NCBI GenBank assembly: GCA_950097015.1
Contig: CATNEN010000030.1
Coordinates: 2,170,001 to 2,234,000, forward strand
DNA length: 64,000 nt
From: Macrostomum hystrix
Lineage: Eukaryota; Animalia; Platyhelminthes
Reading direction: 5' to 3'
A program made the position numbers and the translations under genes. The notes below the pieces were generated by a model. It had not been told where the DNA came from and ran no database searches. It saw only the letters and a list, made by a program, of their open reading frames with translations. Of the stretch, positions 10,519 through 24,108 are shown one piece after another (within the stretch, counting starts at the first letter, position 1; every line of letters starts with the position of its first letter).

Positions 10519-13500
10519 TCAGGGAGCTACGGTGAACACGGGATGCTGCAGCAGCTGGCTCACTGTGGGCCTGGCCAGTGGATTCTTGGCAACGCAGGCG
10601 GCATAGAATGAGCAGAGGCGCTGCCCAATACCCAGCCGCTGCATGGCCTCCAACGGCAGCGGCTGGTCTTTGTTCTTGGCGTGGTGCAGCAGCCGGGCCA
10701 GGATCATGTCGTTCTCGGCGAACAGCGGCGGCAGACCGGTGCACAGCTCGTGCAGGCTGCAGCCAAGCGAGTACACGTCCGCCGCCTTCGGATCGTAGCG
10801 TCGACGTCGTTTTGTGAAATCCTCGGCGTGCAGTAGCACCTCCGGGGCCATCCAGAGCAGGGTGCCAACGCCAGAATGATAGATCTCCATGGCGTGGATT
10901 CGCTTCGACAGGCCAAAGTCGATGATCTTGATGATTCCAGTTGGTTGCTGCAGCATGAGGTTCTCGCACTTCACATCCCGATGGCATATGTTTAGGCCGT
11001 GCAAATAGTCCAGGCCGGCGCAGATCTGGCCAAGGTAATTCACAATGTCCCGCTCAGCCAGGCGGCCAAGCCGCTGCCGGTAGTGCCGCAGGTTCTCACC
11101 CTGGACGTACTCCATGCAGATTATGAGGGAGCCGGGAACTAGCTGGGCGCTGTGGAACTGCACAATGTTCGGATGCGTCAGGGACCGCATCAGCTCCACT
11201 TCGCGCCTATTGGCAACCGACAGAGCCTCGGCCTGATCTGATTGGTTGGTTCGGAACGGAGCTGAGACCACTTTGAGCACTAGATACTGACCGGCGCTAT
11301 TCTGGGCGCGGTAGACACAGCCGAAATGGCCCTGGTTGAGGTACTGCAGCGTCTCGCGTCGGATGTTCAAGCTCTGCAGAAAGCCGCTGAAATTGGTTTT
11401 AAAGATTCACGGGATCAGTGATTAATATCCCGAATGTCAATTCGGGATATCTCCGATCAAATGGGATATCCGGGATAACACGGGGTATCTAGGATTGCAT
11501 GGGATATCTAGCATGACGATGTATATATAGGGTAATTTAGGATCGCGATGGTTATCTAGGGTCATGAGGTTTATCGAGGGTCATGAGGGTTATCTAGGGT
11601 CATGAGGGTTATCTAGGGTCATGAGGGTTATCTAGGGTCATGAGGGTTATCTAGGGTCATGAGGGTTATCTAGGGTCATGAGGGTTATCTAGGGTCATGA
11701 GGGTTATCTAGGGTCATGAGGGTTATCTAGGGTCATGAGGGTTATCTAGGGTCCCGTAGGTTATCTAGGGTCTCGTGGGTTATCTAGGGTCATAAGAGTT
11801 ATCTAGGGTCATGAGTGTTATCTGGGGTCATGAGGGTAATCTGGGGTCATGAGGGTTATCTGGGATCACGTGGGTGACAATGTGCCTTAAATGGGAACTC
11901 ACGGTGGTAGGACGACTTGGTTGCTAACCATTCGGGTGAGAGTGCCGTTCACTTGAGCTGGAACGGCCGTGGCGGCTGCCCCGATGCTGTCATCTTTAAC
12001 GGACTGGCCGGGCTTTGATGCAACCAAGCCGGGGATCAGATTGTTGCTCTGATTGTCCACCACGCTGCAAGGATTGGCGTATGGTTGCTGTGGTTAGGGC
12101 GAGAATCGATATAATGTGTCAAGGTGAGAGAGAACATCACGACAAGACAGATTAAAATGTTTGATTACGTCGTCGAGGGTGTGTTACGTCGAGAGTTGAG
12201 CTGGGTGTGTTGCGTCGAGAGTTGAGTAGTGTGTGTTAGGAGGAAAGAGTTGAGTAGGATGTCTAACAGGGAGATAAGAGTTGACGGGGTTTGGTTACGC
12301 AATAGCAGTCATTATCAGAGTCAAAGTTAAGATAACAATGAAAAACCGCTCGCCCAGCAACTCACTCATCCTGAGCCGCCTCCAAGAGGCCGCAGATTTT
12401 CCTCAGCTTTGTCCGCTCCAGAAGCCTTCCAGCTTGGCCAGCCAGGGTGCTGAGCGCCGCGCTGATGGCCACACGCCTCTCGACGCCGCCGTCCGGCGAG
12501 CTCAGCAGGCGCTCCAGAACCACCACGTGGCCGTTGCAGGCAGCCAGCGTGATGGCCGACTGGCCGGATGCGTTGACGCGGCCGGGCCGAGCGCCGTGGT
12601 TCAACAGAGCCTCCATGGCTTCGGCATGGCCCGACTGAGCCGCCCACATCAGCGGCGTGTGTCCGTCGCTCTCGTCGGCTTTGTCAGCTTCAGCGCCAGC
12701 GTTCAGCAGAAGCTTCACCATGGCAGCGTTGCCAGCTTCGGCGGCCTTGGCTAGAGCAGTGCCATCGTCGGTTAGACGGTCAACGTCTGTCCGCCTGTCG
12801 GCCAATAGAACCTTGGCCACATCGGTGGAGTCGGTGTGCACGGCAGTGACCAGCGGAGTCCATCGGTGCCGCGGCTCGGCCAGGTTCGGATCGGCGCCGA
12901 AAGTCAAGAGTACCGCGGTGACTCCGGCGTGGCCGTTGAGTGCGGCAAGGATGAGAGGCGTTCGGCCCAGAACGCTGGTCACGGCATCCGCCCTGGCTCC
13001 GGCGCGCAGTAGCAGCTCGGCGCACTCGCGATGCCCACCGCAGGCGGCGTAAGCCAACGGTGAATAGCCGTCGATGTCGTCAGGACTGGCGTAGGGATCG
13101 GAGTCTGGATCGGACGCGGCGGCCAGGTTCGGATCGGCCCGCCGCTCCAGCAGCAGCCGGACCAAGTTGGCCTGGCCTCGGCTGGCTGCCATGGCCAGAG
13201 CGGTGCCGTCGGAGCTCATCGCGTTGGCGTCGGCACCGGCGTCGAGGAGAAGCCTGGCCAAGTCCAGCCGGTCGATGCTGACGGCGGCCAGCAGGGGAGT
13301 CCAGTTGAGCGTCGGCTCGAACTGGTTGGCGTTGGCGCGGGCCCGCAGAAGTTCGCTGGTCAGGCCCGCGTGGCCCCGGTGGACGGCCAGCAGCAGCGCC
13401 GGCTTGCCGTCCGGCCGGCTTGTCTGGTCGGGCCGGGCGCCGCGGGCCAGTAGGAGGCGCGCAAGCTCCGGACAGTCGCGATTGGCCTGCTGGCAGGCGG

Positions 13501-13702
13501 CAACGAGAGCGCCGGAGAGCTCAGGGTCGGCACCGTTGTCCAGGAGGACGGCCGCCGTGTCCGGCCTGCAGGGCTGACCAGCGGCCACAGCCAGCGCGGC
13601 TGACAAGGAGTCTGGCGAGGCTGGCGCCATTGCAGCCAGGAGACGGCGCAACGCGACGGCGTTGTCGCGCAGCACAGCCTCGTTGAGTGCGGACGGAATC
13701 AT
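10519..13702 (-). CDS. Ankyrin-repeat Ser/Thr protein kinase (N-terminal ANK array, linker, STE/MEKK-like kinase domain), 788 aa, 3 exons
   Basis: Exons 13702-12366, 12064-11903 and 11386-10519. Both donors are GTGAGT; acceptors CCTTGCAG and ATTTCAG; both junctions phase 2; total 2367 nt in frame. About 10 ANK repeats (G.TPL..A). Kinase motifs QGHFGCV, LVLK, HRDVKCEN, DFG, GTLLWMAPE, DVYSLG. The kinase ORF lacks its own ATG. Confidence 0.85.
11560..11865. repeat. Intronic minisatellite, 19 bp unit GGGTTATCTAGGGTCATGA
   Basis: Direct tandem repetition with degenerate flanks, inside intron 2 of the ANK-kinase gene. Confidence 0.95.
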
Positions 13703-14781
13703 GAGTCGCTCGGCTGCTTTTTTAAAATGTCAGTTCTATAGCAGACTGACGGCAGGCTTGCACTATTCTGGCGCGTGAGTTTCAGTTTTATACAGAGCGG
13801 CTGAAAAGAGAGCCAAATCTTGGCCTGGCTCAGTGGAAGGAAAGAAAGGCGAGCTGAAGCTTGTCGAACAAAAGCAGCGGCATTGTTTATTAGATGTCCT
13901 TCTCCTGCGCAGTCTGCTCAGGGTGCAGTGGTCGCGTTTAGGTCGCTTCTAGTGGCCCCTTCTCAAATTTCAGTAGCCTTTTTATTGAACAATAAAACTC
14001 TTTTCGGATTGCCTTGAGCATGCCTTGAGTCTAAAGAAGCAGGTGTCTTTGAAAAGAAATTCAAAGCTCGCATTGCATACCTGCCCAAGGTAAGGCTTGA
14101 GCGCAATGGAGTGACGTCAGAATAGGGTTGTTTCTTAGAAAGTATACTTCAAAAAACGAAAAAAAAATTTTGCATCGCACTTTTAGTTGTCTTTTAGAGG
14201 ATAGTCTAGTCTGCGCATTTTCCGATTATGGTTTTTTGTCACTATTTTTGTTAGAATCGCATTTTTTGTTGGCAAGAAAATATTCCTGGGTGTTATTGGC
14301 TATGAAAGGTGTTGTTAAGTATGTTCCGCATCTTCTTGTTTGAACTGCAACCGCGACTGAAGTAAAAATACAATTTTGTGACACGGGCAGACAACGCATT
14401 CCAGTCTATTAATTGCGCCAGTCGGTTTCATATAAGTGCGGAGGGCACAAGCCTTTCTCTAATAGTAGATGGCAGAAGTGCCAGGCAGGTAATAAAATTG
14501 TGCGCATGTTCAACTGCTTCTGTAGCTCGTATAATTAATGTTCTGCGCACTTTCACGCTTTTACTAAATTGAAGCAGACAGACACGCGAGCAGATGATGG
14601 ATGCGCAAAGGAATCTGGGACTGCTGCTGCTGCTGCTGCAGACACAACTGGTAGCTTTTCCAGTTTCGCTAATAGCTTAGTGTGCCTCTGCAGCTGCAGA
14701 GAACTAGGCGAGTATGACTACTGAACTGATGGCATTCCTACCTGAAGCGATGCGCTTTGTAAGAATACAAATAGACTAGAC

Positions 14782-15597
14782 TCATTCGGGATACACAAAA
14801 CAACGTGCTTTCCTACCTTTAACCTTCTCGGTTCTCTGGTCCTCCAAATGACTTAGCCAGGCGAGCGGGTCCCCTTGGTTGGCAGTAATTGGCTGTGTTA
14901 ACCAGCTCTTGTCAGGCGCAATTGAAGCACTGCTGGCGTTCGGAGATCCGCCTCCAACGCTGCCGAGCACAGGGTAGTTGACAAAGTACCGCTGCTCAAG
15001 ACTGTCAGTCTTCCATTCAGTATCCTTTTGGCGTGCACTTTTACCTCCGCCAAGCTTATTTTTCACGTCGCCCTCGTGAGTGGCTCGGCTGCGAACTCTT
15101 CTGTTGTTTCCTTTTCTATCGCCGTCGCGTGAATTTTTCGCCTGGCCCCTTCTCAGGCTGAGCAGGCGCAGCTCAAGTTCCAGCAGCCGGCGCATCATTG
15201 ACTGGCGACGACTGCTTGACAGTTCCACATCGCCGCCGAGTCGTCTAACCAGACGTCGCAGACGGCGCCGCAAGTGGTGTCGAACACCGACGCTCTGGAG
15301 CCTATTCTTGTTTTTGTCGATCTCGGCTGGCTGTCGACATTCTCGGCGGCAGCAGCTGCACCACAGTGGCTGGTGTTGGCGTTGTCGGCGGCGCCTACCG
15401 TCGGATATCGCCGGCTGACATCGTTTGTCTAGCAAGCCTCTAGCGGCAGCTCTAGTGCAGAGCCGAATCTCCGTCGGCGAGCAGCTGTCCGCCGCGGGCG
15501 CTGATTCGCAGCCGCCTCCACTCGCAGTGCCGGCATCGGCCACGGCTGCTGCGGCTGTCAAAGCCGCGAAAATCATCAGCACTCTCAACAGAAGCAT
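14782..15597 (-). CDS. Orphan secreted protein, 271 aa, single exon: signal peptide, Cys-rich N-terminal module, Arg/Lys-rich middle
   Basis: ATG at 15597 (MLLLRVLMIFAALTAAAAVADA); Cys cluster ending LWCSCCRREC; GC-rich coding-like composition; TATA-like element ~160 bp upstream. Confidence 0.7.
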   Translation of the reverse strand: MLLLRVLMIFAALTAAAAVADAGTASGGGCESAPAADSCSPTEIRLCTRAAARGLLDKRCQPAISDGRRRRQRQHQPLWCSCCRRECRQPAEIDKNKNRLQSVGVRHHLRRRLRRLVRRLGGDVELSSSRRQSMMRRLLELELRLLSLRRGQAKNSRDGDRKGNNRRVRSRATHEGDVKNKLGGGKSARQKDTEWKTDSLEQRYFVNYPVLGSVGGGSPNASSASIAPDKSWLTQPITANQGDPLAWLSHLEDQRTEKVKGRKARCFVYPE

Positions 15598-15754
15598 AGA
15601 ATATTTCCGTAGTGAGGAAAAGGTGTTCAATTGAAAATCAGTTGCAATTCGTGACTAACAATGATTTTTTGAAGACCAAATCGATACTGCTGCAGGTGAC
15701 TAACCTCTGGGCACAGCTAAGAAATAGTGTGAAGATCTCTCTGGTGCGCGCTGG

Positions 15755-15768
15755 CTCTTATATATAAA
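15755..15768 (-). promoter_or_regulatory. Candidate TATA box for the 15597-14782 gene
   Basis: Minus strand reads CTTTATATATAAGAG, ~160 bp upstream of the ATG. Confidence 0.35.
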
Positions 15769-16324
15769 GCCAAATTGGATGTGCACATCGGCCTCACCTT
15801 CGCAATTCATACCTGCCTCTGCTGCTGCATATACAAGCTTTTATACAATTTAGCCATCCAATGCACAGTTGGCCCGGCGAAGGCTTTATTCATTAGCATT
15901 GCTTAGCCAAGCGGAATCACTTCCTCTCTCGCTTCTCCGGTGTTTTTCTTGGCGACTTCAGTCAAGAGTGGGCTGGGACCAGTGGCATATAAAAGCAGAC
16001 TAATCTAGCCTTATCTAACTAACAGCTGCAGGTAGGGCCAGCCTCCGGGCATGCATGCAGCGGGGCCAGGCCTGCTCCGTTTATTTGGATAGGTGCGCGA
16101 GGACGAGGAATGTGTGAGCCAGGGCGCACAGTCATTTATTCAAACAATACTACCAATACTGAAGGGACAGATTGATTATTCAAGTTCAGGGGTCCATTGA
16201 AGCTATGAAGGTCGATTGCGGCTCTGCAGATAGGGACACGAAATTGTTCGAGCATCCACGAGACAGAAGTCGGTCATTTCTGGCGTCTCTTACTTCTATA
16301 ATAAGATAAGATACCCCGCGGAAC

Positions 16325-17069
16325 TGACTCCTGAGAGACAGTCTGGAACTTCAAGCTGAGACAGTCTGGAACTTCAAGCTGTAGACTCTGAGAGACAGTC
16401 TGGAACTTCAAGCTGTAGACTCTGAGAGAGTCTGGAACTTCAAGCTGTAGACTCTGAGAGACAGTCTGGAACTTCAAGCTGTAGACTCTGAGAGACAGTC
16501 TGGAACTTCAAGCTGAGACAGTCTGGAACTTCAAGCTGTAGACTCTGAGAGACAGTCTGGAACTTCAAGCTGTAGACTCTGAGAGACAGTCTGGAACTTC
16601 AAGCTGTAGACTCTGAGAGACAGTCTGGAACTTCAAGCTCAGACAGTCTGCAACTTCAAGCTGAGACAGTCTGGAACTTCAAGCTGAGACGGTCTGGAAC
16701 TTCCAGCCGAGACAGTCTGGAACTTCAAGCTGTAGACTCTGAGAGACAGTCTGGAACTTCAAGCTGAGACAGTCTGGAACTTCAAGCTGTAGACTCTGAG
16801 AGACAGTCTGGAACTTCAAGCTGAGACAGTCTGGAACTTCAAGCTGTAGACTCTGAGAGACAGTCTGGAACTTCAAGCTGAGACAGTCTGGAACTTCAAG
16901 CTGAGACAGTCTGGAACTTCAAGCTGAGACGGTCTGGAACTTCCAGCCGAGACAGTCTGGAACTTCAAGCTGTAGACTCTGAGAGACAGTCTGGAACTTC
17001 CAGCTGAGACAGTCTGGAACTTCAAGCTGTAGACTCTGAGAGACAGTCTGGAACTTCAAGCTGAGACAG
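16325..17069. repeat. Minisatellite with mixed 23 and 34 bp units GAGACAGTCTGGAACTTCAAGCT(GTAGACTCTGA)
   Basis: Direct tandem repetition, immediately 3' of RPL24. Confidence 0.96.
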
Positions 17070-17308
17070 TCTTTTGGAGCAACCGACTGGAAGCACAAAC
17101 AGTATATGAGTAGAAAAAAACAAAGTATTTTTGGAGAGACATCGGTAGCACAAAATTTTCATTCCAGACATTTCCCGATAGTCTATTCAAAATAGACTAC
17201 AACTAGCCGAACATTCGACAGTGCAAACTGTCCAGCCTCAACAATATATTTTAGCTGACACTCGAACAACAAAAACAGCCGGAGACACAGTCAACACGGG
17301 CCAGCCAA

Positions 17309-17788
17309 TCAGCGCTTGCCGCCAACCCTGGGCGCGCTCGGCTTGACCACCTTGGCAGCCTTCTGCTTCTGACCGGCGCCGCTGCGAGCCTGCTTGGCCT
17401 CCGCCTGCTTCTGCGCCTTCTTCTCGGCGTCCTTAGCCTTGGCCTTCTCCTTGGCGTTGCGGACCGCCTGCTCGCGCTGGGCCTTGCGGAACTCCGGCTT
17501 CTGATTCCTCTTGGCCATCAAGTCGGCCATAGACAGGCCGGCCACCGCCCGGATGGCTTTGTGCGACTTGCGCGACTTCTTCTTCACGGCCTCCTCAACC
17601 TGGCCCTTCTTGTGCTTGCGCCTGTACAGCACGGTCCAGCTGACCTCGCGCGGATTCTTCTTCTGATAGTGCGAGCGCTCGCATTTGGAATTAACGAAAT
17701 GAAAGGTCTTGCCGTCGGTGCGGATTAACCAGCGGCCACGGCCGGGGTACACCTTAAAGCCGGAGAAGCTGCACAGTTCGAGCTTCAT
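17309..17788 (-). CDS. RPL24: 60S ribosomal protein L24 (eL24), intronless CDS, 159 aa
   Basis: [18 protein letters not shown]...KCE...[20 protein letters not shown]...[15 protein letters not shown]...PRVGGKR; splice acceptor ATTTCAG 11 nt before the ATG. Confidence 0.98.
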   Translation of the reverse strand: MKLELCSFSGFKVYPGRGRWLIRTDGKTFHFVNSKCERSHYQKKNPREVSWTVLYRRKHKKGQVEEAVKKKSRKSHKAIRAVAGLSMADLMAKRNQKPEFRKAQREQAVRNAKEKAKAKDAEKKAQKQAEAKQARSGAGQKQKAAKVVKPSAPRVGGKR

Positions 17789-17865
17789 GCTGCGTGGAGC
17801 TGAAATGTTTTACCAAGCAGTTCGCCTTGCCAACTACATAAAATAAGCCTGATTTGCTAGACCCT

Positions 17866-18678
17866 ACCAGGAACTTCAGTAGGCTGATAGCTACCCCCCA
17901 ACACCAGGCACTTCAGTAGGCTGATAGCTACCCCAAACACCAGGCACTTCAGTAGGCTGATAGCTACCCCAAACACCAGGCACTTCAGTAGGCTGATAGC
18001 TACCCCCCAACACCAGGCACTTCAGTAGGCTGATAGCTACCCCCCAACACCAGGCACTTCAGTAGGCTGATAGCAACCCCCAACACCAGGCACTTCAGTA
18101 GGCTGATAGCTACCCCCCAACACCAGGCACTTCAGTAGGCTGATAGCTACCCCCCAACACTAGGCACTTCAGTAGGCTGATAGCTATCCCCTAACACCAG
18201 GCACTTCATTAGGCTGATAGCTATCCCAAACACCAGGCACTTCAGTAGGCTGATAGCTATCCCCTAACACCAGGCACTTCATTAGGCTGATAGCTACCCC
18301 CAACACCAGGCACTTCAGTAGGCTCATAGCTATCCCAAACACCAGGCACTTCAGTAGGCTGATAGCTATCCCAAACACCAGGCACTTCAGTAGGCTGATA
18401 GCTATCCCAAACACCAGGCACTTCAGTAGGCTGATAGCTATCCCAAACACCAGGCACTTCAGTAGGCTGATAGCTACCCCAAACACCAGGCACTTCAGTA
18501 GGCTGATAGCTATCCCAAACACCAGGCACTTAAGTAGGCTGATAGCTATCCCAAACACCAGGCACTTCAGTAGGCTGATAGCTACCCCAAACACCAGGCA
18601 CTTCAGTAGGCTGATAGCTATCCCAAACACCAGGCACTTCAGTAGGCTGATAGCTATCCCCAACACCAGGCACTTTAG
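17866..18678. repeat. Minisatellite, ~36 bp unit ACCAGGCACTTCAGTAGGCTGATAGCTATCCCAAAC, just upstream of the RPL24 CDS
   Basis: Direct tandem repetition. Confidence 0.97.
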
Positions 18679-19314
18679 TAGACTTCTGCATATCCCAGTT
18701 TCTCTGCTTTAAAAAATGCTATCCTACTACTGATAGTAATTATATAATCTTGCGAAGTTTAAGAAAAATCGAAAAAGAAAGTTCTGCAGAAGAAGACACT
18801 TTAGTCATCATATATTTATTATTAAGTTTCACCGAAAAAAGAACTATACTCGATTAATATTTAAATGCACATTTGAATAAAATATTAATTGACATTACAC
18901 TGCATTCATCTAATTGTAAAGAAAACGAATGTAACAAAAATAAGGGAAAGCGAAATACACGTTCTTCGCTTTTTCCACCTTGACACGCGTTAACAAATGC
19001 AAATATGTAGTTCTTGAGAACAACAAGTGATCTTGAGAACTACAAAACTACATACTTACAAGTGAATAGTTTATTAAGCGCAATTTGCTACTTACAAACA
19101 GCTCACAGAATTGTTGCTTCGCTAAAGTAGGACAGCGGAGAAGCGGCAAGGATCTTAAGAATGACTGATGCTAGGGCTAATAGACCAGCATGTCAAGGTT
19201 AAATAATCCGCTTTTTAAGATCAAATAATCGGTAATATTCGTGTTTTGGACTGGTGGCCAATTAATTAACCGGCGACACATATAAAACACCGCTAATGTC
19301 TAGGTTAATAACTG

Positions 19315-19471
19315 GCGGCCAAGATCAAATAGTTTCTCATGCCTGGGTTAATAACTGGACTGGCGGCCAAGATCAAATAGTCTCTCATGCCTGGGTTAAT
19401 AACTGGACTGGCGGCCAAGATCAAATAGTCTCTCATGCCTGGGTTAATAACTGGACTGGCGGCCAAGATCA
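19315..19471. repeat. 48 bp tandem repeat, about 3 copies, downstream of the PMF1-like stop codon
   Basis: GGCGGCCAAGATCAAATAGTCTCTCATGCCTGGGTTAATAACTGGACT repeated. Confidence 0.9.
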
Positions 19472-19515
19472 AAGAATCGCGGAGGCTTAAATTTAAGCGA
19501 GTTCAAAGCTAATGG

Positions 19516-20109
19516 CTATTTACTATTCTGAGAAGGCTTTGAGGGCTGCTGCTGCTCCTGCTGTGACGATTCGGCGGCCTCCATAAGAGAGCCGAGCACA
19601 TCGGCGTGCGCCTCCAGTTCAATAACTTCAGCTTCGGCGCGAGCCAGTTCAGCGCGCAGCTTGACCCTAGCATCGGCGCATTCAGCTTTCAACTCGGCAC
19701 AATGCCGCCTCAACCAGCTGTGATAGGCCAGCATGTCAGGGTAGGCGGCATCCCGCAAGACTGCCAGTGGCAGCGCCGATCCTGGCGCATCAGGCGATGG
19801 TCGCCAGGCGAGCCGGCCATTCACGAGTGCCTCATCACAGGCCCTGTCCAGCCTGGCACAACCGGCCTCAATAGACAAGTCGCTGTCGCCATTGCTTAGA
19901 TAATCAGCAAAATCAGTCAGCACAGCAGACTGCATCTCAGCTAGAGGGTCTGAGCTGGCGCCTGTACAGCTGGAGCTCATGCTGACTGTGGGCAGGCAGT
20001 CTGTCAGACTGTCACAGACAGCTTGCACTGTCTGCTTGCATTGGTGATGCAATTGGGCAAATCGGCAATTAGGTTCAGCTGGTTCAGGGCCAATGTTAGA
20101 TGTATCCAT
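19516..20109 (-). CDS. PMF1/Nnf1-like kinetochore Mis12-complex subunit, 197 aa, single exon
   Basis: ARLDRACDEALVNGRLAWRPS resembles the PMF1/Nnf1 LD.i.eE......AWRPS motif, followed by a coiled-coil C-terminus; size typical of the family. Confidence 0.65.
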   Translation of the reverse strand: MDTSNIGPEPAEPNCRFAQLHHQCKQTVQAVCDSLTDCLPTVSMSSSCTGASSDPLAEMQSAVLTDFADYLSNGDSDLSIEAGCARLDRACDEALVNGRLAWRPSPDAPGSALPLAVLRDAAYPDMLAYHSWLRRHCAELKAECADARVKLRAELARAEAEVIELEAHADVLGSLMEAAESSQQEQQQPSKPSQNSK

Positions 20110-22333
20110 TTAATCAGCTGTGAGATTGTGAGTTGGTTGAGTTATTAGTTTATGAAAAAATATTGTTTCAAGTGGAAAATAAAACTTTTCCTTGATTTAT
20201 TTTCTTAACAAGATACTTTAAATAAATTTTAGGGCTTTTTGTAACTACATTATAATAGCTTAAAAACTAGCATGAAAATAAGATAAGAAGGCCTTATATG
20301 AGATGTGATGAGAGGCCTACACATGTATGATGCAAACACTTAATTCCACAGACTTCCAGCAATTTTGAAACAAATGGCAAAGTAAGACGGATATTTGGTG
20401 ACGGATATAAAGTATATTTGGTGAGATAGGTAGAGGAACACTATAAATATACTTAATGGGAACCAATAAGACTATGTTGATACGATAAGCACACATGCAT
20501 GTGTAATTCCTTTTAGAAGAAAGTTGTGATGGGGCTATGATAAAATGTAGAGATTTTTCTATGTTAGGAAAAGTTATAATTAAAGTTGTCAAAAAAGGCA
20601 AATGCAGATGCTAATTAACAATTTAATGTCAAGTTTTTTCAATTAAGCCTAGAGCACTGTAACAAGACTAGAACCTAGAGCATGTATAAGTGATTTTATC
20701 CTCAAACTTGAAATTTATTCAAACTTGCCAAGACTCAACACATATCTATAGTGAAGATTATATCTTAGCTACATGAAAAATTGAGTATGCATTAGTGTTG
20801 CCTGCCAAATTTGACATAGGCCTACATGATTTTTGTGTACTTGGCCCACACCAAGGTTGTTAAAAAATTGACCTTGTTTCACTGCCCATATATCAGATTT
20901 TTTGTATATAAGCAAGGGGCAATATATGCTTAGACTTTATATAAGACCTAATTTTTTAACTCTGATTTGCAATAAACTTCTTTATTTACACTTTGATAAT
21001 GCAAACCATTTTTGCCAACTTTTTGGCACATACCCAGCAATGCCCCAGCATGATAATGACTATGGACTAAAGTAGTAGCAGTCTTAATCATGTCTTCCAA
21101 ATAGCTAGCCCTAAAGCTTAGCATCAAGTTAGGAGTAAACAGGCCAAGCAAAAAACGGCCTAGTCATAATGACAAATATTTGGGGGCCTACTTCCTTTAA
21201 TACAATCGTCAAGAAAAGAATACAGGCGTAGCTAGCTCAATTTAACAAAAATGGGACAAGGGGTTAGACAAAAAGGCTCAGACTAATAGTAAAAGCTTGC
21301 AAGCATATGAAAATAAAATGCACAGCGAATTTAAGTGAAATTTGTAAATATTTACCTATAAAATGCCATGTGTGTAGGGTGTAGGCCTAATATAAAATAT
21401 CAATGACATCTTGGAATTTTTACTTTAAAAAGCTTGGTCTTGCTAATTAGGAATGTAAACTAGTTGTTATTTGCTTTTACTGGTTTTTCTCTATTAAATT
21501 ACGGTCACTAGTAAGCACTCATCATTTGATATAATTAGCTAGGTCCCAACAAAAGCTAACTAGCTAGGGCCTAGCTAAATAGGGCATGAGCCTAAGCTTT
21601 GTTAAACACAAATACAATATCAAATTCGGGCCAGGCCAGGTTCATTATTTAAATCAAATAACTAGATAATGGCCGCAAATATAAAATCTAGAGCTAGTCA
21701 GACCTAGTAACTTAGAGCAAATGATGAAGCTTTTGTAGCCTTAAGAGTTAAGCCTAGTTTATTGTTTCAATTAAAATTTCATAAGCTCCCGCCTTTTCGT
21801 CCAGGTTAATTGTTAATAAAAGAATTAAAAACGCATTAATTTAGAATTTCTGACAAACATGTGAGCAGGTTGGATTACGGTCAATAAGTCTAGTCCTAGC
21901 CGCCTAGTTCTGGCTATTATGTAATGTATGCAGACCAGACCTTAGGTTTTAACATTTTACGACTGATGCATACTTCGGCTACACTATCGTTGAAAATGCG
22001 TTTTCGTTGCATTATAAAAAGCCGTTGCGCAGGGTTTGAAACAAAGACTCTTATATAAACACAAAAAAATGTTTTATTTGAGCATTGAAAAAACTAAAAT
22101 GCGTTACATTTTTTTCTGTTTAATTTAAATCGAAACCGCGTGAGTATTTTTTTACTTGTAACTCCTCTGGAATTGTCTAAGTTGTAAATTTTTAACTCTA
22201 GCTATTATAAGCTTTTGGCCCAATGAGTTTTCAATTAACCATTTGTTTTTTAAAGTTACTACTTCTTTTTGTAAATTGTTTCGCTAAGTACCACAGAGAA
22301 TTAAAATAAAATTCGTTTAAACATTAGCAGAAA

Positions 22334-24108
<1,775 letters not shown>

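Noticed and set aside
11560-11865. Interstitial telomeric repeat
   Set aside because: Contains GGGTTA once per 19-mer but no tandem TTAGGG
10519-13702. RNase L-like identity for the ANK-kinase
   Set aside because: No KEN/RNase domain follows the kinase, and the catalytic motifs are intact, unlike the RNase L pseudokinase
17309-20109. PMF1-like and RPL24 as a trans-spliced operon
   Set aside because: Both have an acceptor just before the ATG, but this is equally explained by 5'UTR cis introns, as seen at 57295-57372; no spliced-leader evidence is visible in genomic DNA
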